Assembly: GCA_021738485.1 (NCBI GenBank)
Contig: JAIPBX010000003.1
Location: forward strand, 1,241-65,240
Direction: 5' to 3'
Length of the DNA: 64,000 nucleotides
Source of the DNA: Bacteroidales bacterium
GTDB lineage: Bacteria; Bacteroidota; Bacteroidia; Bacteroidales; JAIPAH01
Position 1 is the first letter of the stretch. Every line of letters begins with the position of its first letter. The notes below the pieces were generated by a model that saw only the letters and a program-made list of their open reading frames with translations, was not told where the DNA came from and made no database searches. Shown here in pieces: positions 1 through 9,033 of this stretch. The translations under genes and the position numbers were made by a program.

Positions 1-2212
1 TTTTCATTTCTTTCTTAGCCTCCTTCTCCACTGGAGGAAGGGGATGCTTTTTTTCTATGATATTCAATTCAGACAGCAAGTGATCCGCATCGGCAAATTT
101 ATCGATTACAAAAAGCACATAGCGGATATCGACACATATGGTGCGCTGTAGTTCAGGTTCGAAGGCAATGTCACCACTCATAGCCTCCCAGTTGCCGTCA
201 AAGGCGATACCTGTCATTTGACCTTTTCCGTTTATTACCGGGCTGCCTGAATTTCCGCCTGTAATGTCGTTATTGGTTAAAAAACATACGGTCATGCCTT
301 CTTTTTTGTTGGCATAGCGGCCATAGTCTTTTTCATTATACAACTGCTGGAGTTTTTTAGGAACAACAAATTCCGGATCATCCATGTCTTTTTTCTGCAT
401 GACCCCTTCAAGAGTGGTGTAGTATTCGTAATGAACACCATCGCGCGGATAGTAATCGAGTACTTCTCCGTAGGTCAGTCGCATAGTTCCGTTTGCATCC
501 GGGTAAAAATCTTTGTTGGGTTTCATCCTGCGCAGGGCATGAATAAACTGCCGCTTTGTTCGTTTAAGTTGCCTTTGGGTTTGGCTAAAATTCATCCTCA
601 ATTCCATTAACTTACTCTGCAACCCTTTTGCTGCCGTAACAGCCATATCCTCTTCAAAATCGTCTGCATCGGGGTCCTCCAGAAATTCCATGAATTTCTC
701 TTTCGTTGCAAAAATGGATTCTTCAAAGAGGGCGTCAACATAGGCATCAAAACTTTGGTCATAGTCGGCAATGATGGTTTTGTAAACCGGCGGCAATTGT
801 GATAAAGGGATGGAATTATAAATGGTTTTCAGAGAAGCTTTCAACACATCTTTTTCGGTTTGAATATCGTAATTTTTAAAATGCTCTTTTGCTTTCGTTT
901 TATACTTTTTAAGGTCTTCAATTTTTTCTTCCTGGCTTTTATCGGATTTAGCGATATTGCCAATCCCCATATTCTGTAGTGTAAACTGCATCAGCGAAGA
1001 CCCAAATGTGGCTAAACCGTAATTCCATCTTTTTGTAAAATACATCTTCTTTTGCAGGCTATCATAAGCACTTCTGAAATCTTTTTTGAGGTTTCCGTAT
1101 TTTTCTTCCCGCTCCGGTTTCTTCCGGATCCATTCCATTAGTTCATTTTCCAGGTTTCTTTTCTTTTCAAGAATATCGAGGTTTTTAAGACTTCTGGATT
1201 CGCCCTTTTTGTTTTTCCACATGTTTGAAATCTGGGCCTCTTTCGAGGAATACATGATGCGAACTTCCTCCGACCGATTCATGTTACGCTCCAGGGCGTC
1301 CAGAATATTTCGCCCCATTTTGTGGATAGCGGGATTAATGCTATTCAGCGTAGCCTGAATACCATAAGAAGTTCTATAACGATCGGTCCTTCCGGGATAA
1401 CCCCAAATCATGGCAAAGTCATGCTTGTTGCGATCTTCGAGCGAAAGGGGTAACGCATAATCGGTTTCCAGGGGAACATTGTCTTCAGAGTAAGCAGCTG
1501 GGTTACCTTTTTCATCGGCGTAAATCCTGAAAATAGAAAAGTCTCCCGTATGTCGTGGCCACATCCAATTGTCAGTGTCTCCGCCGTAATTTCCTATCGA
1601 TTCGGGTGGAGCACCTACTAAACGGACATCTTTATAGACTTTGTACACAAAAAGGTAGTATTCATTACCTCTGTAAAAGCTCTCTACCGAAGTAACGTAT
1701 TTTCCGTCTTCTTCCGCTTTCTTTTCTATTTTTTTCGTAGCTTCTGCAATTTTCTTCGACCGTTCTTTTTCCGGCATGTTCCATGTAACGTCTTGAAGAA
1801 CACTATCGGTTACATCCTCCATTCTCACAAAGAATGAAGCGGTTAAATCCTCGTTGGGGAGTTCTTCGTTTTTACTCTGAGCCCAAAACCCTTCAGTCAG
1901 GTAGTCGTGCTCAACGGAGGAGTGCTCCTGAATGGCACTATATCCGCAGTGATGGTTAGTGAACAATAAACCTTGGTGCGAGACAACTTCGGCGGTACAA
2001 AAATTTCCGAAATTGACGATAGCATCTTTAAGGCTTGAGTTGTTGATATCGTAAATTTCTTTGGGTGATAATTTCAGGCCTTTTTCTTTCATTTCCTGGT
2101 AGCTTCGGCCTTCAATAAACATGGGCAGCCACATTCCCTCATCAGGGACAAATTTGGCAAATCCCGGAGCCGTTAACATCAATGCGCAAATTATGAGAAA
2201 TAATTTTTTCAT
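1..2212 (-). CDS. S46 family dipeptidyl-peptidase (DPP7/DPP11-like serine exopeptidase); C-terminal end lies beyond the left window edge
   Basis: Absent from the ORF track because there is no in-window stop. My reverse-strand translation from ATG at 2212-2210 gives MKKLFLIICALMLTAPGFAKFVPDEGMWLPMFIEGRS (signal peptide plus the DEGMWLP S46 N-terminal hallmark). Around nt 240-280 it gives LTNNDITGGNSGSPVINGKG (catalytic Ser motif). I translated only the two ends and both are in the same frame, open to nt 2; the interior was not translated. Confidence 0.8.
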   Translation of the reverse strand, partial: MKKLFLIICALMLTAPGFAKFVPDEGMWLPMFIEGRSYQEMKEKGLKLSPKEIYDINNSSLKDAIVNFGNFCTAEVVSHQGLLFTNHHCGYSAIQEHSSVEHDYLTEGFWAQSKNEELPNEDLTASFFVRMEDVTDSVLQDVTWNMPEKERSKKIAEATKKIEKKAEEDGKYVTSVESFYRGNEYYLFVYKVYKDVRLVGAPPESIGNYGGDTDNWMWPRHTGDFSIFRIYADEKGNPAAYSEDNVPLETDYALPLSLEDRNKHDFAMIWGYPGRTDRYRTSYGIQATLNSINPAIHKMGRNILDALERNMNRSEEVRIMYSSKEAQISNMWKNKKGESRSLKNLDILEKKRNLENELMEWIRKKPEREEKYGNLKKDFRSAYDSLQKKMYFTKRWNYGLATFGSSLMQFTLQNMGIGNIAKSDKSQEEKIEDLKKYKTKAKEHFKNYDIQTEKDVLKASLKTIYNSIPLSQLPPVYKTIIADYDQSFDAYVDALFEESIFATKEKFMEFLEDPDADDFEEDMAVTAAKGLQSKLMELRMNFSQTQRQLKRTKRQFIHALRRMKPNKDFYPDANGTMRLTYGEVLDYYPRDGVHYEYYTTLEGVMQKKDMDDPEFVVPKKLQQLYNEKDYGRYANKKEGMTVCFLTNNDITGGNSGSPVINGKGQMTGIAFDGNWEAMSGDIAFEPELQRTICVDIRYVLFVIDKFADADHLLSELNIIEKKHPLPPVEKEAKKEMK

Positions 2213-2250
2213 CATTATTAGTTTTAAGTTTAACAATCTATTGAAATTCA

Positions 2251-2292
2251 AAAAGAAAAGCCATTGAGAACTGTGAAGCTCAAAATGGCTTT
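2251..2292 (-). terminator. Probable intrinsic terminator after the M49-like peptidase gene
   Basis: Imperfect stem AAAGCCATTGAG (2257-2268) / CTCAAAATGGCTTT (2279-2292) with a 10-nt loop. On the minus strand it is followed by TCTTTTTGAATTT. Confidence 0.4.
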
Positions 2293-2365
2293 CTATGCCA
2301 GAATAATTTTAACAGTTTAAAATCTTTCTGGCTTGAGCTTTCCGGACCATTCCAAAGACAAATTT

Positions 2366-4060
2366 TTACAAGTCGAGGTTGTCTTTGCCCTGTTCAAAAG
2401 TCACATCTACCGGAACGTCTGAGTTATTCAGGCGATCAAGGTCATTTTGCAGTTGTGGTGTGATAACACCCTGGTTGTCGATCCATTGACGAGCTTTTTC
2501 GTACTCTCCGTTGCCCTGAATATGCAGGATTTTTTCTAAAAGATTAACCATTACTTCATGCATTTTCTCGAAATTGACCGTGTAAGTACCGTCATCGTTG
2601 CGGGTAAATGCGCCGTGTTCCCTGAAATAGTTTAAACGCATCATATTTGCTTTTCCATGAGCACTGGCTGCTCCAAACCGGCTGGAACGGAAAATGCTGG
2701 CAAAAAAGGTAACATAATTGTCCATCAGCTCCCCTGATGTTAACTCACCTTCTTCATATAATTTCGTTACGATATACAATCCCATGATATCGGCTTTTCC
2801 TTCTTCAATGGGAGAGTAGGCTTCCTTAAGAGCTTTACGTACGGGTCCTTTTCCGTTTACGGTTTCTTTGATGCCCATAGCATGCCCAACCTCATGGAAC
2901 ATTGTGTTTTCAAAGAAGGCATTAAATGTAAGATATTTGCGTTGATCAGGGTCAATGAGCATGTCTGAGATAGGAACCAGTATCTTTTCAAACTTGGCTT
3001 TCATGGCGTTTTTAAGCATCAGTTTTCGCGTACCGTATTTTACATGTACTTCCTCATCGTTGGGAAGGTTAATGGCTATGGTTTTGCTGCCGGCTTTACA
3101 ATCTCCGGAATAATATACCGCATCGTAGACATTGATATCCGATTTGGTTCCCGGTACCTCTTTCTTATATTTTTGTTCTACCGGCAACTGCTGCTGGAGC
3201 TTAGGCAGCATTTTGGTGAAACGGGTTAATTTTTTACTCCATTCCGGGTCTTTAATTAAAATGAAAGATTCAAATGCGGCTTTATAGCCAAAAAGCCCAT
3301 CTTCATAATTTTCAATAGGGCCGACTACCATATCGATATTTGAATCTTTCATCTCCATCCAGGCAAAATCACTTTTCTGATATTTGGAAGTTAACAGAGC
3401 CTTGGCCCTGAGATTCAGGTATTTCTTCAGACTTGGCTTCCCGGCAATTTTTGCTGCCTTTTTGAGGAGTTTGGAGGCTTTTTCCAATTCCGATTTATAA
3501 GCTTCATGATACCACACCGATTTCAAATTTCCTTTATTATCCCGTCGGATGAGTGTGTATAAGCTGGTTTTGTTTTCATTCTCCCAGTTTTTGAATTCCT
3601 CTTTATCCATATCAGTAGGATAAAAATTTGCGCCGGCAGGTTTGGGCCCGATTTCTTTGAAAAACGGCTTGTTGTTATTGAGGCGGTCCCAGGGGCCATA
3701 ATTAATTTTAGCAAATTTTTTGGCTTGTGGGTTTTCGATACGATTTAAAAATTCTTCTTTTTGTCCGATTGTTTGTTCCCAAAACAGGTCACCCATGATG
3801 TCGGCCACGTCAAAAAGTATGGGAAGAATTTTCTTCTCTTCTTTTGTCAGGTGATCGATATCGGAAGTTAATGTGAAAGGCGCATAAATATTCAGCCTTT
3901 CTTCAAGATTATCGACCGGTGTGAGCTTTTCTGTTTGAGGTAAGTTCCCCGGATGTTCTTCTTCAAGTTCCTCTTCAGTTTTTTGCTGGCTGCATGAGCC
4001 GATAATGGCAATGGATAATAATCCAATCGTCAGTCTGGATATTGTTGTAAGCATATTCAA
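2366..4060 (-). CDS. Zinc metallopeptidase lipoprotein, M49 / dipeptidyl-peptidase III-related family
   Basis: 564 aa. Lipoprotein-type signal (LLSIAIIGSC). HEVGH zinc motif followed about 30 aa later by EEGKADIMGLY, a pattern I associate with bacterial DPP3-family proteins. Family recalled, not searched. Confidence 0.55.
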   Translation of the reverse strand: MNMLTTISRLTIGLLSIAIIGSCSQQKTEEELEEEHPGNLPQTEKLTPVDNLEERLNIYAPFTLTSDIDHLTKEEKKILPILFDVADIMGDLFWEQTIGQKEEFLNRIENPQAKKFAKINYGPWDRLNNNKPFFKEIGPKPAGANFYPTDMDKEEFKNWENENKTSLYTLIRRDNKGNLKSVWYHEAYKSELEKASKLLKKAAKIAGKPSLKKYLNLRAKALLTSKYQKSDFAWMEMKDSNIDMVVGPIENYEDGLFGYKAAFESFILIKDPEWSKKLTRFTKMLPKLQQQLPVEQKYKKEVPGTKSDINVYDAVYYSGDCKAGSKTIAINLPNDEEVHVKYGTRKLMLKNAMKAKFEKILVPISDMLIDPDQRKYLTFNAFFENTMFHEVGHAMGIKETVNGKGPVRKALKEAYSPIEEGKADIMGLYIVTKLYEEGELTSGELMDNYVTFFASIFRSSRFGAASAHGKANMMRLNYFREHGAFTRNDDGTYTVNFEKMHEVMVNLLEKILHIQGNGEYEKARQWIDNQGVITPQLQNDLDRLNNSDVPVDVTFEQGKDNLDL

Positions 4061-4135
4061 AATTTGTTTGTTAATGTTTGTATCACGAAAATATGAAAAA
4101 TCTTGATTATCCGGTTGATTGAGGCGATATAAAAA

Positions 4136-5404
4136 TTATTCATCCCGCAAAGCATCTATGGGTTTGATTCGAATGGCTTTTTTGGCAGGTATGATGCCTG
4201 CCATCATTCCGGAGACAATTAAAATTATTAACGCCGTGACGGCTATGCTAAAACTGATTTCAGGATTTCTGAATGAATTGCTTTCGGCACCCTGCGAAGC
4301 TAATGCATAGCTAATTATCTCTAGTAAACCCACGCCAATCACCAACCCCACATAACCGGCAAAGGTTGTCAGGACAACCGATTCGGTAACCACCTGGGAG
4401 ATGATCTTACGGGGTGTTGCGCCAAGGGCTCGCTGCACTCCGATTTCCTGGGTGCGTTCTTTTACAATGACCAGCATAATATTACTTATACCTATAACGC
4501 CGGCCAGTAAGGTACCTGTGCCGACAATCCAGATCAGTAGATCTATTCCGCTGAATAAGCCGCTGATTTGTGCAAACTGCTCGCCCAGGTTAAAGTATCC
4601 GAAAGCTTCTTTATCCTCGGGATGAATAGTATGCCTTTTGGCCAGAATACTCAGGACTTCATCTTCGATCGATTTGACCGGTGTGTCCGGTTGAGCTGTA
4701 ACAGCAAACCAATGCACGGTGTTGCCGTAATTGTATACTTGTTGTAATGTTGTATAAGGAACAAAAAGTGATTGGCTTTTATCACCACCGAAATTGATGT
4801 TGTCATTCAGGGGCTTGAAAACGCCTACTACCTGGAAATATACCCCTTGTATCCGAACATATTCTCCGAGAGGATTTTCCTCCTTCCCGAAGAGTACCTT
4901 TTTAACCTGCTCCCCGATGATAGCGACTTTGCGCTTTTTCTTTACGTCAATTTCATTAATAAAACGCCCCTGAAGCATTTGAACGGGATCAATTTTATTC
5001 CAGACCGGGGCGTCGCCAAAAATATTAAAATTACCGGCTTCCAGGCCTCTCACAACATTCTGACTGTTGCTTCCATCGGAAAACCCCCGAACACGGGGTG
5101 CAACATATTGTATATCCTTTATTTCATTTTTCAATACCCGGGTATCCTCATTGTCGAAACTGAAGCGGCGTCCTTCTTTATAGCCTTTGTAGGCTTTGGT
5201 GGTGGACTGACTCCAAACAAACATGCTGTTTGTAGCAAAATCTCCCATTCCGGACATTATTCCGTTTTGCAATCCTTTCCCCGAACCAATCATTATGATA
5301 AGCATAAAAATACCCCAAAATACCCCAAAAGCCGTGAAGAATGTTCTCCACTTGTTTTTTTTCAAGGAGCTGAATATTTCTTTCCAATGATCTATATCAA
5401 ACAT
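4136..5404 (-). CDS. ABC transporter permease, FtsX/MacB-type (paralog 2)
   Basis: 422 aa. N-terminal TM, large extracytoplasmic loop, C-terminal FtsX-type TM bundle ending PIDALRDE. Alignable with the upstream permease. Confidence 0.8.
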   Translation of the reverse strand: MFDIDHWKEIFSSLKKNKWRTFFTAFGVFWGIFMLIIMIGSGKGLQNGIMSGMGDFATNSMFVWSQSTTKAYKGYKEGRRFSFDNEDTRVLKNEIKDIQYVAPRVRGFSDGSNSQNVVRGLEAGNFNIFGDAPVWNKIDPVQMLQGRFINEIDVKKKRKVAIIGEQVKKVLFGKEENPLGEYVRIQGVYFQVVGVFKPLNDNINFGGDKSQSLFVPYTTLQQVYNYGNTVHWFAVTAQPDTPVKSIEDEVLSILAKRHTIHPEDKEAFGYFNLGEQFAQISGLFSGIDLLIWIVGTGTLLAGVIGISNIMLVIVKERTQEIGVQRALGATPRKIISQVVTESVVLTTFAGYVGLVIGVGLLEIISYALASQGAESNSFRNPEISFSIAVTALIILIVSGMMAGIIPAKKAIRIKPIDALRDE

Positions 5405-5414
5405 AACTTTTCGT

Positions 5415-6647
5415 TTATTCGTCTCTTAATGCCACTACCGGCTTGATAGAAGCTGCTTTGCGTGCCGGTATGAAACCTGCTATGGCTCCTGAAGCCACTA
5501 GTACGACAGTTGCCCTGATGGCAATACCAATATCCGCCGAGGGATGTTGGAAGAATTGAGTATTAAACATCGGCGACACCGCTTCCAGTAATACAACCCC
5601 CAAAACAAGCCCGATATATCCTGCAAAAGTGGTTATCACAACAGATTCCTGGAGGATTAGGCCGATAACCCCCCACGGCCGTGCTCCGATAGCCTTACGG
5701 ATGCCTATTTCTTTGGTTCTTTCTTTCACTACAATAGCCATGATATTGCTCACTCCAACAATACCGGCGATGATAGTTCCTATTCCGATTATCCAGATAA
5801 AAATGCGTATTCCTGCAAACATATCCAGCACATCCTGGAGTTGTTCTACTGCGTTCCAGATGTAAAGGGCCTGATCGTCATCTTCTTTAAAATGGTGTTT
5901 TTCAGCCATTTGCTGACGGATGCGCTCTTCCATACGAAGGCTTTTTTCTACAGTAGGATTTTTTACCGTAGCGGCGATGGTATGTACACGGTTACTTCCC
6001 GAAAAAGCTCTTTGAGCAGTGGATATGGGTGTGTAGATGATTTTGGTATTATCCCGGCGCCCTTCATCATCATCAAAAATCCCAACGATTTTAAATGGAA
6101 TCCCGTTGATTTTAATGTATTTTCCCATGGCTTCCCGGTTGCTCTTAAAAAAGAAATCTCTCACCCCAACACCAATGGTGGCTACTTTTTCAAAATTTTC
6201 GATATCCAGTTGATTAATAAATCTTCCGTTAAGAATTTCGACCTTTTCGATATGCCTGTATTCCGGATTTGCCGTAAATACGTCGAAAGCCGAATGTTTT
6301 TCCTGGTAATTGACCCGTGTTGTTCCTAACCTGTATCTTCCCGAGATATATTCCAGGGCGGGTTCGGTTTCTTTGATAAGTTCATAATCGTCATTATGAA
6401 ACCTGATTCTCCGTCCGGATTGGTATCCCTCATAAGCCTTAGAGGTTGTGCCGGGATTGATCCACAATGTATTGGTAGCTGAGGATGCAAACTGGCTGCG
6501 TGTCCCGTTTTCCAATCCCTGCCCAACGCCCAGAAGAATAATCAGCATAAAGATGCCCCAGGCTACACTGAATCCTGTTAAAAAAGTGCGGAGCTTGTTT
6601 TTCTTAATCGTAGTGTATATTTCCTGCCAGCTATCCGGGTTAAACAT
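5415..6647 (-). CDS. ABC transporter permease, FtsX/MacB-type (paralog 1)
   Basis: 410 aa. Same architecture as 4136-5404 and ends PVVALRDE. 10-nt gap to the next gene. Confidence 0.8.
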   Translation of the reverse strand: MFNPDSWQEIYTTIKKNKLRTFLTGFSVAWGIFMLIILLGVGQGLENGTRSQFASSATNTLWINPGTTSKAYEGYQSGRRIRFHNDDYELIKETEPALEYISGRYRLGTTRVNYQEKHSAFDVFTANPEYRHIEKVEILNGRFINQLDIENFEKVATIGVGVRDFFFKSNREAMGKYIKINGIPFKIVGIFDDDEGRRDNTKIIYTPISTAQRAFSGSNRVHTIAATVKNPTVEKSLRMEERIRQQMAEKHHFKEDDDQALYIWNAVEQLQDVLDMFAGIRIFIWIIGIGTIIAGIVGVSNIMAIVVKERTKEIGIRKAIGARPWGVIGLILQESVVITTFAGYIGLVLGVVLLEAVSPMFNTQFFQHPSADIGIAIRATVVLVASGAIAGFIPARKAASIKPVVALRDE

Positions 6648-6663
6648 CTTACTAAAAATCAGG

Positions 6664-7743
6664 TTATTGAATTACTTTGATTTCTTCCTCACCGGTTAGT
6701 CCGGATTTTACTTCGATATTAATACCATCGCTTAAGCCCACTTCCACCTCTCTTTTGTCAAATTGGTTTTCCTGGGTTTTTACTTCGACGTAAGGCTGTT
6801 CGCCGTCAAACTGGACTAATCCTTCTTTTATGGCCATGACACTATCGCGTCGTTGTAAAACAATATCCGCATTGGCACTGTATCCGGCGCGTATAAAGGT
6901 GGATTCTTTAAGTTTTACAGCCGCTTTTATTTCAAACTGAACGGCCCCGTTTTCTTCCACCCCTTTGGGACTGATATATTCGATTTGGGCATTAAATTTT
7001 TCTTTGTCAATCGCCCCAATGGTTAGTATTAAGTCCATATTTTCATGGATTTTTCCCACTTCGGTCTCGTCGACTTTACCTTCAAAAACCATTTGGTTCA
7101 TGTCTGCTACCGATGCTATCGTAGTACCATCATTAAAATTGTTACTTTCGATAACCGAGTTGCCAATCTCCACGGGCACATCCAATACCATTCCATCAAT
7201 GGTGGAGCGGATAAGCGTGTTGGAGGCTTTGTCGGCTTCTTTCCTCACCCCCTTTTTTATTAGTTCGAGGTTGTTTTCAGCCGCTTTCACATCTTCTTTA
7301 GCTGACTGATAGGTTGTTTTGTATTCCAGGAATTCGGCTTCAGAGATGACCTCTTGTTCGTAGAGTTTTTTTCTGCGTTGAAAGTCTGTTTTAGCTTTAT
7401 CGCGGCGGATTTTCGCTTTCTCAAGGCGTGACTCTGCCTCGTTAAGGTTAACCATGTTAGGGATGATTTTTACCTTAGCAATGAGCTGGTTTTCTTTTAC
7501 CACATCCCCGGGTTGTACGTATAGTGTTTGAATAATACCGGAAATTTGGGGTTTGATTTCAATTTCCTTCCGCGGGACTACTGAGCCGGTAGCCACTGTT
7601 TTTTTGACAATGTCTGTGTAGTAAGGTTTTTGAGTTTCAAATACCTTGGGTTTGCTTTTCGACTTATCGTAAAGATAAACGATAGTTCCGGCAAAAATCG
7701 CTATAACAATTGTCCACAGCGTTATCTTTAAGATTTTTTTCAT
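6664..7743 (-). CDS. Efflux periplasmic adaptor, HlyD/MacA family
   Basis: 359 aa. Single N-terminal TM, coiled-coil segment (AESRLEKAKIRRDKAKTDFQRRKKLYEQE) and beta-rich flanks typical of membrane fusion proteins. Sits between the ATPase and the permeases. Confidence 0.8.
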   Translation of the reverse strand: MKKILKITLWTIVIAIFAGTIVYLYDKSKSKPKVFETQKPYYTDIVKKTVATGSVVPRKEIEIKPQISGIIQTLYVQPGDVVKENQLIAKVKIIPNMVNLNEAESRLEKAKIRRDKAKTDFQRRKKLYEQEVISEAEFLEYKTTYQSAKEDVKAAENNLELIKKGVRKEADKASNTLIRSTIDGMVLDVPVEIGNSVIESNNFNDGTTIASVADMNQMVFEGKVDETEVGKIHENMDLILTIGAIDKEKFNAQIEYISPKGVEENGAVQFEIKAAVKLKESTFIRAGYSANADIVLQRRDSVMAIKEGLVQFDGEQPYVEVKTQENQFDKREVEVGLSDGINIEVKSGLTGEEEIKVIQ

Positions 7744-7773
7744 ATTGTAATTGATTTGGGATTTTTATTTCGG

Positions 7774-8493
7774 TTATTTCTTAGTGATTACTTTTTGAGC
7801 AAGCCATTTTTCCCGGTCACCATTAATGATGTTCTTCTCAATTAACCCGTCTTTTAGATGGATAATCCGGTCTGTCATAGCTGCAATGTCGTGTTCGTGG
7901 GTTACAATAATGACCGTTATACCTGTTTCATTTACTTCCTTCAGTATATTCATCACATCGTAGGAAGTTTGCGTATCAAGAGCTCCCGTTGGCTCATCTG
8001 CCAGGATTACTTTGGGTTGGGCGATTATCGCCCTGGCAATTGCAAGGCGTTGTTTTTGCCCCCCGGATAGCTCACTGGGCAGATGTTCGGCCCACTCTTT
8101 CAGACCCATTTTTTCGAGGTGTTCCAGGGCCAGGTTGTTACGTTTTTTGCGGTTGATTTTTTTGTAATACAAGGGAAGCGCTACATTTTCCATTGCATTT
8201 TTGAAAGAGATAAGGTTGAACGATTGAAAAACAAAACCGATAAAGGTGTTTCTCAGGATAGCGGCCTGGGTCTCATTAAGGTTTTTGATGGGCTTATTAT
8301 CTAACAAATATTCGCCCTCATCATAATCATCAAGTATTCCAATCACATTTAATAGTGTGGATTTTCCCGAGCCCGAAGATCCCATCACCGACACGAATTC
8401 ACCGGCCTTGATTTCCAGGTCGATCCCTTTCAGTACATGGAGTTGATTGCCTCCAGCTGAGTAACTTTTATGAATATTCCGGAGTGTGATCAT
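7774..8493 (-). CDS. ABC transporter ATP-binding protein (MacB/LolD-like, stand-alone ATPase)
   Basis: 239 aa. Walker [10 protein letters not shown], signature LSGGQKQR, Walker [12 protein letters not shown]. Confidence 0.9.
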   Translation of the reverse strand: MITLRNIHKSYSAGGNQLHVLKGIDLEIKAGEFVSVMGSSGSGKSTLLNVIGILDDYDEGEYLLDNKPIKNLNETQAAILRNTFIGFVFQSFNLISFKNAMENVALPLYYKKINRKKRNNLALEHLEKMGLKEWAEHLPSELSGGQKQRLAIARAIIAQPKVILADEPTGALDTQTSYDVMNILKEVNETGITVIIVTHEHDIAAMTDRIIHLKDGLIEKNIINGDREKWLAQKVITKK

Positions 8494-8650
8494 ATTTTGA
8501 TTTTTATGGCTGGGAAAAGAGAATCGATTACTGTGCCATATTACATAAAAAACACAAAGCGAAAGGTTTATATCGATATGTCAAAGTACATTTTTAGCTG
8601 TAACTGTTCGGTTTGTCTACACCGGTGTACACATGCGGACGGTGGGTGTG

Positions 8651-8729
8651 GAATTGGTAATTGGTTAATTGGTAATTGGTTAATTGGTAATTAGTTAATT
8701 GGTAATTAGTTAATTGGTAATTAGTTAAG
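8651..8729. repeat. Tandem 15-bp repeat, about 5 copies (GGTAATTGGTTAATT x2, then GGTAATTAGTTAATT x3)
   Basis: Read directly: units at 8656-8670, 8671-8685, 8686-8700, 8701-8715 and 8716-8729, with a partial unit at 8651-8655. The first two units have TGG and the last three have TAG. Confidence 0.9.
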
Positions 8730-8742
8730 AAGTTTTCGGGTA

Positions 8743-8958
8743 AGTGCGCTCAAAGTGCACTAAGAAGAATGTTTGAGATTACTATCATACACCCGGATAA
8801 ATCCGGGAGCTATTCTCATAAAGCGTTATTAAACAATTGACTATGAGATTAGCACCAGCCTTCAGGCTGGTGTCCTGAAGTGGCCCCAGAAACTTTCCCC
8901 AGCCCGCTTTGAGCGGGCTTCCAATTCGTGCGTGAGAACTCGGGCTTCAAATCCCCGA
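8743..8958. repeat. Cluster of five short GC-rich stem-loops (REP-like array or structured RNA)
   Basis: Hairpins: AGTGCGC/GTGCACT (8743-8761), CCCGGA-TAAA-TCCGGG (8792-8807), CACCAGCC-TTCA-GGCTGGTG (8853-8872), AGCCCGC-TTTGA-GCGGGCT (8901-8919) and TCGGG-N9-CCCGA (8940-8958, followed by AATTTTT on the plus strand). Confidence 0.5.
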
Positions 8959-9033
8959 ATTTTTCCCTATTTGAAAAACCCGATTAACCATTATTAATGC
9001 GCCATTCAGCCATACAATCACTCAACCATTCAC

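Noticed and set aside
1086-1358. 90-aa plus-strand ORF, the only track entry in the first 2.3 kb.
   Set aside because: It is antisense to the S46 peptidase reading frame, which carries clear family motifs at both ends of nt 2-2212 on the minus strand.
4772-6329. Long plus-strand ORFs (224 aa, 162 aa, 78 aa) opposite the two ABC permease genes.
   Set aside because: They are antisense shadow ORFs inside well-supported genes. Their composition is low-complexity and hydrophobic, with no motifs.
8470-8694. 74-aa plus-strand ORF. Its internal ATG at 8578 gives a Cys-rich peptide MSKYIFSCNCSVCLHRCTHADGGCGIGNWLIGNWLIGN.
   Set aside because: The GNWLI repeats are just the in-frame reading of the 15-bp tandem repeat. 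The later repeat units carry TAG in that frame. The ORF overlaps the ATPase gene start on the other strand and has no promoter box. I treat it as non-coding.
8651-8729. Possible CRISPR array.
   Set aside because: The units are only 15 bp and directly abutting, with no spacers. No cas genes are in the window. It is a simple tandem repeat.
8743-8966. Known housekeeping RNAs (RNase P RNA, tmRNA, SRP RNA, 6S RNA) in the hairpin-rich gap.
   Set aside because: I could not find the diagnostic motifs (for example GAGGAAAGUCC for RNase P, or a tRNA-like acceptor/T-arm end for tmRNA). I also could not find a long terminal helix with a central bubble, as in 6S RNA. This needs a covariance-model search to be certain.
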